Below, piece after piece: positions 9,362-18,358 of a stretch of DNA of 64,000 nucleotides. Position numbers and translations under genes: made by a program. Positions within the stretch are counted from its first letter, which is position 1. Each line of letters begins with the position of its first letter. Source of the stretch: Candidatus Parcubacteria bacterium (GTDB taxonomy: Bacteria; Patescibacteriota; Minisyncoccia; Phycocordibacterales; UBA2100). The notes under the pieces are model-generated. The model was given only the letters and a program-made list of their open reading frames with translations. It was not told where the DNA came from and did no database searches. The stretch covers positions 12,430 to 76,429 of the forward strand of contig JBEEJY010000010.1 in assembly GCA_041168925.1 (NCBI GenBank), in the 5' to 3' direction.

Positions 9362-10273
9362 CTACAGCCACTTCCTATACCGGAAATACCAGAGCATTCC
9401 GACTCCCGCGACAAAGACGCTGCCGACGATCACCCAAAAGCCGTTGGGAATGTTGCTGATCGGATTGCTTACCGTGTTGACGTCGAAGATCGCGACGAAG
9501 AGCGATAGCGGAAAAGTGAGGAGCGCCATGATGGTAAGGATGCGCATCGTTTCGTTTTGCTTCGTCGTGAGCAGAGAGTCGTTGGTCTCGCGAAGTTCAT
9601 GGAGAGATTCGATCTCCCTCATGACGTGATTGTGGACCCGGTAGTATTCGTCGGAAAGGGCACGGACGTAGGGCGCGAACGATTCGCCGAAGAATTGCGC
9701 GCCTACCGTCTCGAATTCGCGCAGCACGTCGCGATGAGGCTCAATGCGCTGTCGGAGACTCAAGAGATCGCGGGCGTTGCGCGAGATCGTCTCGACCATC
9801 TGCACTTCGTGTCCGCTGAAAATATGCTCTTCGATGATTGCAAGCTCATGTCTGATGTATTCGACCTCGTGCTCGACTGACTGGTAGAGTTTCTTGAGCA
9901 TGTAGTAGAACATGTAGCCTGCGTGATCGCCGAGGTTGCTCTTGTCGAGCAGAGAATTAACTTCGAAAACCTTCGAGAATTTGTGCAGCGGATCGATCGT
10001 TTCGTAATGAGTCGTCACTAGGTACTTCTTGCCGATCAGGAAATCCACTTCCTGCTCCCGAGTTTTGTGGCTGTGGCGCAGGGCGGGAAAGTGAAGCACG
10101 AGGTATAGGTAGTCGCCGTGATACTCCGCGTGCGGCTTGGTCGAGGGAAGCAAGAGTTCTTCGGCGACGAGCGGCTCGACGCCGAACTCATTGACGATAT
10201 CTTGTACTTCGTCGCGGGTGGGGGATTCAAGGTCGATCCACACCAAGCCGTTATGCTGGTAGCGGCTATGCAT
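9362..10273 (-). CDS. corA: CorA-family Mg/Co transporter
   Basis: WIDLESPT..E, NETMRILT, two C-terminal TM helices; GMN signature replaced by DVN; TATACT 6 nt before the ATG. Confidence 0.85.
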   Translation of the reverse strand: MHSRYQHNGLVWIDLESPTRDEVQDIVNEFGVEPLVAEELLLPSTKPHAEYHGDYLYLVLHFPALRHSHKTREQEVDFLIGKKYLVTTHYETIDPLHKFSKVFEVNSLLDKSNLGDHAGYMFYYMLKKLYQSVEHEVEYIRHELAIIEEHIFSGHEVQMVETISRNARDLLSLRQRIEPHRDVLREFETVGAQFFGESFAPYVRALSDEYYRVHNHVMREIESLHELRETNDSLLTTKQNETMRILTIMALLTFPLSLFVAIFDVNTVSNPISNIPNGFWVIVGSVFVAGVGMLWYFRYRKWL

Positions 10274-10362
10274 TCGAAAAGTATACCGCCACTCTTTCAT
10301 AGTCACTAGGGCTGCCTCGCACAAAGTGGCCAACGGGTATGAGATATGGGATAATCCCCGCA

Positions 10363-11619
10363 ATGTATACAATCGCGCGCAAGCAGATACCGCTCGCGCT
10401 CGCCGTTTTGTGCGGAGCGGCGATAGCGCTTGTGGCATTCGGGGCAGGGCTCGTATTCGCGCCGAGAATGCCCGATGGCGTGATGCCGACTCTTTCAGGC
10501 GGGAGTGCTCCTCCGCAAGATGTCGATTTTTCACCGGTGTGGAAAGCGTGGGGCGTGATAAACGATAAATTCGTCCCGGCCGCGGTCGCAACGTCGACAA
10601 AAGTCGCGACTTCCACCGAAGAGATGAATCAGGAAAAAGTATGGGGCATGATCGAAGGATTGGCCGCTTCACTCAATGATCCGTATACCTTTTTCCTTCC
10701 GCCGCCGGAAAACCAGCAATTCACCGACGACATGAGCGGCGCATTCGAAGGTGTCGGCATGGAGATCGCGGTACGCGATCAAGTCCTCACGGTCGTTTCG
10801 CCCCTCAAGGGCACTCCCGCAGAAAAAGCCGGGCTCAAGAGCAAGGATCAGATACTGAAGATCGACGGAGAATCGACCCAGGGACTTGATGTGAATGCGG
10901 CGGTGCGGAAGATCCGAGGGCCAAAGGGAAGCATCGTGACGCTCACCGTGTTTCGATCAGGATGGAGCGAGCCGAGGGAGATTAAGGTCATGCGCGACGT
11001 GATCAACGTGCCGACGCTTTCAACGACGGCGCGCGAGGACGGGGTCTTCGTCATTCAGCTCATGAGCTTTACCGCAAATTCTCCGGAGCTTTTCCGCAAC
11101 GCGCTTCGTGAATTCGTGCGGTCGGGCGATACCAAGCTCGTTCTCGATTTGCGCGGAAATCCCGGCGGCTATCTCGAGGCGGCGGTCGAGATGGGAAGCT
11201 GGTTCTTGCAAAGCGGCAAGGTGATCGTCACGGAGGATTATGCCGGACATGCGCCCAATATCGTCCATCGAAGCCTCGGCTACGACATTTTCAATAAGAA
11301 TTTGCGCATGGTCGTGCTCGTCGATCACGGCTCGGCATCCGCGGCGGAAATACTTGCGGACGCCCTGCATCACTATCGCATCGCAACAATGGTAGGAGAC
11401 AACACCTTCGGCAAGGGATCGGTGCAAGAGCTCGTCGACATCGCAAACGGGAGCGCGCTCAAGATCACGGTCGCCCGCTGGCTCGGGCCCGATGGCGAAC
11501 AGATACCGCGGGAAGGAATCATTCCCGACGTGCGCGTAGAGTTTACGGACAAGGACAAGGAAACGGGGAGGGATCCGCAGATGGATCGCGCCGTGGAGAT
11601 ACTGAGAAACGGCCTGTGA
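10363..11619 (+). CDS. ctpA: S41 carboxy-terminal processing protease
   Basis: N-terminal TM, PDZ (GVGMEI), DLRGNPGG, SASAAE, TFGKGSVQ. Confidence 0.92.
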   Translation: MYTIARKQIPLALAVLCGAAIALVAFGAGLVFAPRMPDGVMPTLSGGSAPPQDVDFSPVWKAWGVINDKFVPAAVATSTKVATSTEEMNQEKVWGMIEGLAASLNDPYTFFLPPPENQQFTDDMSGAFEGVGMEIAVRDQVLTVVSPLKGTPAEKAGLKSKDQILKIDGESTQGLDVNAAVRKIRGPKGSIVTLTVFRSGWSEPREIKVMRDVINVPTLSTTAREDGVFVIQLMSFTANSPELFRNALREFVRSGDTKLVLDLRGNPGGYLEAAVEMGSWFLQSGKVIVTEDYAGHAPNIVHRSLGYDIFNKNLRMVVLVDHGSASAAEILADALHHYRIATMVGDNTFGKGSVQELVDIANGSALKITVARWLGPDGEQIPREGIIPDVRVEFTDKDKETGRDPQMDRAVEILRNGL

Positions 11620-12047
11620 AAGTGATTCTCCTTAAAGACGTGGGCGGAGTGGGGCGGCGTGATGAGGTACGCGAAGTTTCCGACGGCTACGCGTTCAACT
11701 TCCTGATAGCGCGCGGACTGGCGGTGCAGGCGACTTCGGAGGCGCTTGCTCGGCATGAGAAAAACGTAAGCGCGTCTGCCGCAAAACGCGCGGCCGATGA
11801 AGAACGGCTCGCAAAATCTATCCGGGCGCTCGAAGGCAAACGAATCGAGCTTACCGTGCGCGCGACCGAGAAAGGAGGGCTTTTCAAATCAATCGGCGCG
11901 GACGAGATTCAAAAGGCGCTTGGCGATATTCCTCAAGACGCCATTGTGCTTCAGAAACCCATCAAATCGACAGGGGAGCACCAGGTAACGATTCGCGCCT
12001 CGGGCGCGGAGGCGCATATCAGCATCGCCGTAAGCGCGATTAAATGA
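11616..12047 (+). CDS. rplI: 50S ribosomal protein L9
   Basis: [11 protein letters not shown]...[12 protein letters not shown]. Confidence 0.95.
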   Translation: MKVILLKDVGGVGRRDEVREVSDGYAFNFLIARGLAVQATSEALARHEKNVSASAAKRAADEERLAKSIRALEGKRIELTVRATEKGGLFKSIGADEIQKALGDIPQDAIVLQKPIKSTGEHQVTIRASGAEAHISIAVSAIK

Positions 12048-12312
12048 CGTCGACGACGGCTCTTCGCTTGGAGCGGCCGTCGAAATTGGTCTTACGAGTC
12101 GAGCGAAAGTGCACAACGCCCGCGATGCGTGCGAAAAGCGTGTGGTCTTTCCCCATGCCGATATTTCTACCCGGCACGATAGCCGTGCCGCGCTGCCTGA
12201 CGATGATCTCGCCGATAGCCACTTTTTGGCCGTCTGAGCGCTTTACGCCGAGATACTTCGGGTTTGAGTCATTGAGGTTTTTAGCTGTCCCGCCTGCTTT
12301 GGTTGTTGCCAT
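12040..12312 (-). CDS. rpmA: 50S ribosomal protein L27
   Basis: [32 protein letters not shown]. Confidence 0.96.
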   Translation of the reverse strand: MATTKAGGTAKNLNDSNPKYLGVKRSDGQKVAIGEIIVRQRGTAIVPGRNIGMGKDHTLFARIAGVVHFRSTRKTNFDGRSKRRAVVDVI

Positions 12313-12332
12313 AGTGTTTTATGATTACGTGC

Positions 12333-12695
12333 ATGCCAAATATACAGGAAATATGGCTGGAAATCAAGGGTGTGGGGCGTGAGGCCGTCGCACAGTGGGG
12401 GCTTATCGCTATCGTGATACTGCTCGGCATCAGCTCCTTCGAACTCGGCCGGCTTTCAGCTCTGGAGTCCGCAACGCCGGTGCTTTCCATCACGTCTACG
12501 CATCTCGCGCCGCACCCCCGTCAGCTTGTCCAAGGAGGCTTGTACGTGGCCTCGCGTTCCGGGAGCGTCTATTACTATCCGTGGTGTACGGGGGCGACGA
12601 AGATTCTTCCGGCGAATCAGGTCTGGTTTGCCGATGAGAGCGCCGCGGTGCGCGCAGGCTATAGAGCGGCGAAGAACTGCAAAGGAATGGAGTAA
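12333..12695 (+). CDS. Membrane-anchored protein with Ada-like metal-binding domain
   Basis: TM helix followed by YVAS..GSVYYYPWC...NQVWF....A..AGY.AAKNC. Confidence 0.65.
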   Translation: MPNIQEIWLEIKGVGREAVAQWGLIAIVILLGISSFELGRLSALESATPVLSITSTHLAPHPRQLVQGGLYVASRSGSVYYYPWCTGATKILPANQVWFADESAAVRAGYRAAKNCKGME

Positions 12696-12742
12696 GGATT
12701 GTGTCGTTTGGGCATACTCTCTCGCGGAGATATACTGTTCGT

Positions 12743-13378
12743 ATGTTGGTCGTCGACGTGGAAGCATCGGGCACCGAAGCCTCAAAGCACTCCATCGTGA
12801 GCGTCGGGGCGCTCGATCTGGCGAATCCTTCCAATCGATTTTACGAGGAATGCCGCACGTGGGATGGAGCGCATATCATGGACGAGGCGCTCGCGGTGAA
12901 CGGATTCACGAAAGGCCAGATCACCGACCCCCAAAAACAGAGCGAGGCCGATCTCGTGCATGCTTTTCTGCGCTGGAGCGATGCGCTCGATGAGCGTACG
13001 CTCGCCGGACAGAACGTTTCTTTCGATCGCGATTTTTTGAAGGCAGCCGCCGAACGTGCCGGACACACCGAGTGGCCGTTCGCGTACCGGACCATCGATA
13101 CGCACACGCTCTGCTACATGCACATGGTACAGCGCGGCCTGCAACCTCCGACGATTCACAAGCGAAGCGCGCTCGACCTGGATTCGATTCTCAACTACTG
13201 CGGGATTCCCGAGGAGCCAAATCCGCACAACGCACTCACCGGAGCGCTTTCGCACGCGGAAGTCATCGCGCGGCTTTTGTATGGAAGAAAATTGCTGCCG
13301 GAATTCGCACAGTTCGAGATTCCGTGGAAAAATAGTGCGTCGTTTAGGGCAATACCCCGCAGGGGAGAGGGGGTATAG
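12743..13378 (+). CDS. DEDDh 3'-5' exonuclease
   Basis: VDVEASG, QNVSFDRDFL, HNAL.GA; last acidic residue of the motif appears substituted. Confidence 0.8.
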   Translation: MLVVDVEASGTEASKHSIVSVGALDLANPSNRFYEECRTWDGAHIMDEALAVNGFTKGQITDPQKQSEADLVHAFLRWSDALDERTLAGQNVSFDRDFLKAAAERAGHTEWPFAYRTIDTHTLCYMHMVQRGLQPPTIHKRSALDLDSILNYCGIPEEPNPHNALTGALSHAEVIARLLYGRKLLPEFAQFEIPWKNSASFRAIPRRGEGV

Positions 13379-13534
13379 CGACAATGCGTAGCAGATCCAC
13401 TTTGCATACGGAAAAGAGATAACAAATACCGCGGCCTGTATTTTTTCTTGCTCAAGCGCCGCAAAAGAGCGTTGCGCAATTCACGTGCACTCGTGGTGTA
13501 ATACTTGTGGATATCGGGGCGGCGAGATGTGAAG

Positions 13535-13635
13535 CGTCGCACAATATATCTTTTGCGACGTATACATACGTATACGATCGGAAAAGATTCGCACGATTGT
13601 GCGGACTGAGCCGTTGTACAGTCGCACAATCGTGC
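13535..13635. repeat. Cluster of overlapping inverted repeats in an intergenic region
   Basis: cgtcgca/tgcgacg; atctttt..cgtatac/gtatacg..aaaagat; gcacgattgtgc-g-gactg/cagtc-gcacaatcgtgc. Confidence 0.7.
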
Positions 13636-13639
13636 CAAA

Positions 13640-14299
13640 ATGATGCGCGACACCTTCATGGGACACAAGGAAGAGATCAGACGGATTCTCACGTCCCCCG
13701 AACGACGTGTCTTCCGAAAGCTCTCGACACCCCGGAAGATCCAAGATTACCTGGATGGCCTCCCTATCAACTTTGAGCTCTCGGGGGAGTCGAATTACTC
13801 TCCGAGGCGCGTGTTGAGCGCAAAGAAAGCGCATTGTCTCGAAGGCGCCGTGTTCGCGGCGGCCGTATTGGCCTACCACGGCAGGAAGCCGTTTTTGATG
13901 GATTTTCGCACGACGCCGAAGGATGATGATCACGTGGTCGCGCCGTTTGTTGAAAAAGGACTGTGGGGCGCGATAAGTAAAACGAATCACGCGATTTTGC
14001 GCTGGCGCGATCCGATCTATCGCTCGCCACGCGAGCTCGCGATGTCGTATTTTCACGAGTATCTCGAGTGGGATGGCCGCAAATCGCTCCGGGAGTATTC
14101 CGCGCCTTTTGACCTCACGCGGTACGCGCCTCACGAGTGGGTGATCGCCGAAGAAGACCTCGATTGGCTCGTCGAAGCGCTCGACGAGGCACGCCACTTC
14201 CCTATTGCGCCGAAAAAAATCTTGCGGCAGACGCGCCGCGCCGATGCAATCCAACTTTGCGCGATGAAATTAACCGAATGGAAGAAACCCTACAAGTAG
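13640..14299 (+). CDS. Conserved hypothetical protein, transglutaminase-like Cys/His fold
   Basis: AHCLEGAVFAA, DDDHVVA, WGAISKTNH. Confidence 0.7.
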   Translation: MMRDTFMGHKEEIRRILTSPERRVFRKLSTPRKIQDYLDGLPINFELSGESNYSPRRVLSAKKAHCLEGAVFAAAVLAYHGRKPFLMDFRTTPKDDDHVVAPFVEKGLWGAISKTNHAILRWRDPIYRSPRELAMSYFHEYLEWDGRKSLREYSAPFDLTRYAPHEWVIAEEDLDWLVEALDEARHFPIAPKKILRQTRRADAIQLCAMKLTEWKKPYK

Positions 14300-15591
14300 T
14301 TGAGCGGATTGAGATAGCCCGAAAGCGGCGCGACGGGCATGACTGCGCTTGAGCACGAAGTCGATTTGTTGGTCGCGGAACCGAGCTTGATGATCTGCGT
14401 TGCCGCCGTCACATAGACGCCGAAGTGCAGGTGCGGGCCGGTTGCGTAGCCGGTTTCGCCGCTGTAACCGAGGATCTGGCCGGTAGAAACCGACTGCCCC
14501 TCGGAAACGGCGATCTGCGAAAGATGCGCATACATGGTACTCAAGCCATTGCTATGCTTCACCATCACCCATTTGCCGAAACTGTAGCAGCCGCGAACCT
14601 GATCGGTGTTACCGGTGCCGATGACGGTGCCCGAAAGCGCGGCAAGTATCGGAGTGCCGATCGTCGCCGCGAGATCGATGCCGTTGTGGCCTTTTCCATT
14701 GTACGCGCCCGACATCGCAAACGGCGTGTTGCCGAAGTATTGCGTAATCCTGACCTGTTCGAGAGGCCACTGCAAGATGCCCTTGCCGGCCGGAGTGATA
14801 TCGGAAGGGTTGATCGCGACATTGAATTTCGCCTTGAGATCGGACAGCGCCGCCTCCAGAGCAGCCTCTTGAGACTTTTTTTGCTTGATGATGGCCTGGT
14901 AATTGGCCTCTTGATTCTTCGTTTCGGCAAGCAGGTCGTTCTGCGTTTTCTTGGTCGCGCTGAGGGAGCCCTGCTGCGCGACGAGCGTGCCTTTTTGTTT
15001 CTCGAGCTGCGCTTTTTTATCTTCGGTTTTTGTCTTGGTATCGGTTAGAGATCGTTTCTGTGTCGCGAGCTCGTCGATCTGCCCGTTGATGGCGGCGTGG
15101 AGAGATGCGCTTTGGTCCACCTCGCGCCACGCGTCGCCTACGGTATTACCCGCAAGGATCTGGACGATGAGCGGCTGATCCTCGATGTCCGACAGGCGGC
15201 GGATCGACTCCCCGAGACCCGCTTTGTCGGTCGCGATCGAAGATTCTTTGTCGGCGATACCGGCGGAGAGTTGCTGGATTTCGAGCTGTGTCGACCCGAT
15301 TTTATTTTTAGTGACGTTGATCGAAGCGGAGGTTTTCTTCAGCGAGAGATCGATTTGAGAAAGCGTATTTTGGAGCGTTTGTTTCTTTCCCGACACCGCT
15401 TCGAGCTGCTTTTGGTACTGCGCGATCTCTTTATCAAGCTGCTCGATCGCCGCATTGTGCACGTCGATTTGGCGTTGTAGATCATCCGCGGTCTGCGACG
15501 TGGTTGTGGCGCTTTGCGCAAAAAGAAGCACCGGCACGATAAGGAACGGGAGCATAAGCGCTCCAGCGCGTATTCTTCCATCACTCCTCAT
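14290..15591 (-). CDS. Coiled-coil M23 peptidase (EnvC/MepM-like murein hydrolase)
   Basis: Signal peptide, long coiled coil, HNGID, YAHL, TGPHLHF. Confidence 0.9.
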   Translation of the reverse strand: MRSDGRIRAGALMLPFLIVPVLLFAQSATTTSQTADDLQRQIDVHNAAIEQLDKEIAQYQKQLEAVSGKKQTLQNTLSQIDLSLKKTSASINVTKNKIGSTQLEIQQLSAGIADKESSIATDKAGLGESIRRLSDIEDQPLIVQILAGNTVGDAWREVDQSASLHAAINGQIDELATQKRSLTDTKTKTEDKKAQLEKQKGTLVAQQGSLSATKKTQNDLLAETKNQEANYQAIIKQKKSQEAALEAALSDLKAKFNVAINPSDITPAGKGILQWPLEQVRITQYFGNTPFAMSGAYNGKGHNGIDLAATIGTPILAALSGTVIGTGNTDQVRGCYSFGKWVMVKHSNGLSTMYAHLSQIAVSEGQSVSTGQILGYSGETGYATGPHLHFGVYVTAATQIIKLGSATNKSTSCSSAVMPVAPLSGYLNPLNYL

Positions 15592-16928
15592 ACGGGCAGC
15601 GCTCGGAGAGCCGCGTCTATCCGGCGGAGCGTCGAATCTTTGCCGATGATCGACGCGACCACGAATGGATCCGGAGAGCGCTCTTTTCCAGTGAGCGCAT
15701 AGCGCAGCGGCCAGAGCACCGCACCACGGCCATGTTCGCTCGCATAGTCCCAGAGGGCGTCTTTGATCGCCGTCTCGCTTTCAAAATCGACGCCATCAAG
15801 CGCGCCAATCGCGTATCGCAGATGATTTTCAGCCTCATTAGCGCTGGATTTCCTTTCGGGTATCTTGCTCGCATCGAGCTTCGGATCCGCGAAAAAGAAA
15901 TCGTACTCCCCCGATTCGACCAAGGAGGCAAGCTGGTCCGTCGAATGGATCGATTGAGAAAGCAAGGAAGCGATGCGTTCCGCGATGGGAGGATCGCACG
16001 CGATGCCGCGCGATTCCAGACCCGCGCGCAGCGTCGGCATATAGTAGGCGATGAAACCGGCTCGCGGCATCGCGCGGAGGTATTCCCGGTTGAACCAGTT
16101 GAGCTTTTCGATGTCGAAGATTGCTCCGCTTTTGTGCAGATCCTTCAGATCGAACTCTTCCACCATTTCCTGCAGGCTGATCAGCTCGCGCTGCGATGGC
16201 GGCGTCCAGCCGAGCACCGCGAGATAATTGAGAAGCGCGGGCGCAAGGTAGCCCTTGGAGCGATAATCTCGCACGGCGACGTCACCCGTGCGCTTGGAGA
16301 GCTTGGCGCGCTCTGGAGACAGATGGAGCGGATAGTGAGCATACGCCGGGCGCGATACGCCGAGCGCCTCCTGGATAAGAATCTGCCGCGGCGTGTTCGA
16401 GATGTGGTCCTCGCCGCGGATGACGTGGGTAATTCCCATATCGGCATCATCGACGACGACCGCGAGATGGTAGAGCGGGTCATCGGCCGATCGAGCAATC
16501 GCGAAATCCTTGAGTTCGGCCGTATCGAAAGTGATATCGCCGCGGATCAGATCGCGAAAGGTCACCTTTGTGCCGGGATTCTTAAGGCGTATAACCGCAA
16601 CGCGCGTTCCGGGATCCTTCTTGCTCTCCTCATCGGAGGAGTACGCCTTCCCTTCTGCGATAAGTTTCTCGATCGCCGCGCGATACGCGGCCGTGCGCTC
16701 GGATTGCCGATGAAACTCGTCCCAAGAAAGGCCGAGCCAGTGCAGTTGTTCGATGATATCTTCCTCGAATTCGACGCGGCTGCGTTCTTTGTCCGTGTCT
16801 TCGCTTCGAAAGATGATCGCGCCATCGTTCTTTTTCGCGAATAGGTAGTTCAGTATCGCCATGCGGGCCGTGCCGACGTGGCAGTACCCTGTAGGGCTCG
16901 GAGGCAGTCTGACTCGAACGGAGGACAT
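15588..16928 (-). CDS. gltX: Glutamyl-tRNA synthetase
   Basis: PSPTGYCHVG, IRGEDHISNTPRQ, KLSKR. Confidence 0.95.
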   Translation of the reverse strand: MSSVRVRLPPSPTGYCHVGTARMAILNYLFAKKNDGAIIFRSEDTDKERSRVEFEEDIIEQLHWLGLSWDEFHRQSERTAAYRAAIEKLIAEGKAYSSDEESKKDPGTRVAVIRLKNPGTKVTFRDLIRGDITFDTAELKDFAIARSADDPLYHLAVVVDDADMGITHVIRGEDHISNTPRQILIQEALGVSRPAYAHYPLHLSPERAKLSKRTGDVAVRDYRSKGYLAPALLNYLAVLGWTPPSQRELISLQEMVEEFDLKDLHKSGAIFDIEKLNWFNREYLRAMPRAGFIAYYMPTLRAGLESRGIACDPPIAERIASLLSQSIHSTDQLASLVESGEYDFFFADPKLDASKIPERKSSANEAENHLRYAIGALDGVDFESETAIKDALWDYASEHGRGAVLWPLRYALTGKERSPDPFVVASIIGKDSTLRRIDAALRALPV

Positions 16929-16929
16929 A

Positions 16930-18084
16930 TCAGACGGGTTCGTGCCCGATCGCGATATCGAGCAAGACTTGCGCCAGCTTTCGCGCGGCTTCCGGCCGCG
17001 CGAAAGCGCGAGCGGCCTCGGCCATCGATGCGCGCATCGTCTGATCGCTCATGAGGCGGGTCACCTCGGCGACGAGCAGGTGCGGCGTCAGGTTGTGCTG
17101 TTCGATGACTATCGCCCCTCCCGCGCGCGCATAGGAAAATGCGTTCTCCGTTTGATCATGCGAGACGTCTTCCGGAATCGGAACGAGGATCGCCGGTATG
17201 CCCCAGCTCGCAATCTCGAAAATGGTACCCGATCCCGCCCGCGCGATAATGAGATCCGTGATCCCCGCGGCCATGCGAAGCGCGAGCGTGTTCAAAAGAC
17301 CGAATATCTTGTAACGAAGCGCGAAACGGGAATCCTTGAGGATCACGCCCGAGAGCCTGCCCACCTCTTCGACGTTGGCATTCCCCGCTTGATGGACGAC
17401 GTTGTATTCCTGCAAGAGCGACGGGAGAGCGTCCAGTACAACTTCATTGATGGCGCGCGCGCCTTGGGAGCCGCCCATGATAAAGATCGTCGGAACCCCG
17501 GTATCTAGTTTGAGGAATTCATGGCCGCCCTCGGGGCTTCTCGTTACGATCTCTTTACGAATCGGATGGCCGATACTCGCTATTTTGCCCCGCACTTTCT
17601 CGGGGAATTTCTTGGCGGCGTCGGCATGCGCCAACCCGATCCATACGGAGAATTTCGACGACCAGAGGGAGACCCTACCGGGCGTCGCGTCGGCATCGTA
17701 GATCACCACCGGGATTTTTAGGATGCGCGCCGCCGATAGAGTCGGAAACGCCGCATAGCCTCCAGTTGAAAAGATGACGTCGGGATACAGTCGAAAAAGA
17801 AGAAAAATTGAGCGAATGATGCCCGCGACGCTTAAGAATAGCGTCACCACGTTCAACAAACTCGGGTAGCGACGCAATTTTCCGGCGGGAGAACTGACAT
17901 ACTGGATGTCATGCTCAAGCAGCGCCTCGGCGTCGAAAGCCGGCGGACCGACGTAAAGCAGCTCTGGCTCGATAAGCGTCCGCTCTTTGCAAATATCCTC
18001 GATCGCTTCCGCGACCGCGATCAGCGGGTAAAAATGTCCCCCGGTACCGCCTCCAACAAGCACAATGCGCATGGTAGCGCTCAT
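16930..18084 (-). CDS. murG: UDP-GlcNAc:lipid I transferase MurG
   Basis: GGGTGGHFYP, TGGY, GGSQGA, RAGSGTIFE, HDQTENA. Confidence 0.93.
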   Translation of the reverse strand: MSATMRIVLVGGGTGGHFYPLIAVAEAIEDICKERTLIEPELLYVGPPAFDAEALLEHDIQYVSSPAGKLRRYPSLLNVVTLFLSVAGIIRSIFLLFRLYPDVIFSTGGYAAFPTLSAARILKIPVVIYDADATPGRVSLWSSKFSVWIGLAHADAAKKFPEKVRGKIASIGHPIRKEIVTRSPEGGHEFLKLDTGVPTIFIMGGSQGARAINEVVLDALPSLLQEYNVVHQAGNANVEEVGRLSGVILKDSRFALRYKIFGLLNTLALRMAAGITDLIIARAGSGTIFEIASWGIPAILVPIPEDVSHDQTENAFSYARAGGAIVIEQHNLTPHLLVAEVTRLMSDQTMRASMAEAARAFARPEAARKLAQVLLDIAIGHEPV

Positions 18085-18116
18085 TTTATCACGCTACAGG
18101 GAGCGCGTGGAATCTC

Positions 18117-18270
18117 TATACGCATGTCCGTCATTTCTTTTGCTTCTCGCAGAAGATCAACGAAGCATCGATAATCCTCGTCTACGATCGAAGATCGTGA
18201 ACCTGCCAACGGCACGATTGAGGACGTGGTACACATGACCGCCAACATCAACACGAGCGACACGAACCAT
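18117..18270 (-). pseudogene. 5' fragment of a REP-associated tyrosine transposase (RAYT, Y1/HUH family), frameshifted and truncated
   Basis: ATG at 18270 reads MVRVARVDVGGHVYHVLNRAVGRFTIFD; after a frameshift DEDYRCFVDLLREAKEMTDMRI, breaking off before the HUH motif; TATAGT 6 nt before the ATG. Confidence 0.75.
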
Positions 18271-18300
18271 GCAAATACTATACCACGCGGTCGATCAATT

Positions 18301-18342
18301 AATTGTGCCCGTCCCCGTTACTCGTTACTTTGTCCCCGTTAC
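18301..18342 (-). repeat. REP-like terminal repeat upstream of the RAYT relic, with partial tandem copies
   Basis: Reverse complement of 18301-18321 is gtaacggggacgggcacaatt, 18/21 identical to 20871-20891; gtccccgttact occurs twice. Confidence 0.75.
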
Positions 18343-18358
18343 TTTACAATAGAGCATT

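Noticed and set aside
13500-13515. DnaA box / oriC (tgtggatat)
   Set aside because: Single one-mismatch box, no cluster and no dnaA nearby
18081-18263. 60 aa ORF as a real gene
   Set aside because: Better explained as the shifted frame of the RAYT pseudogene starting at 18270
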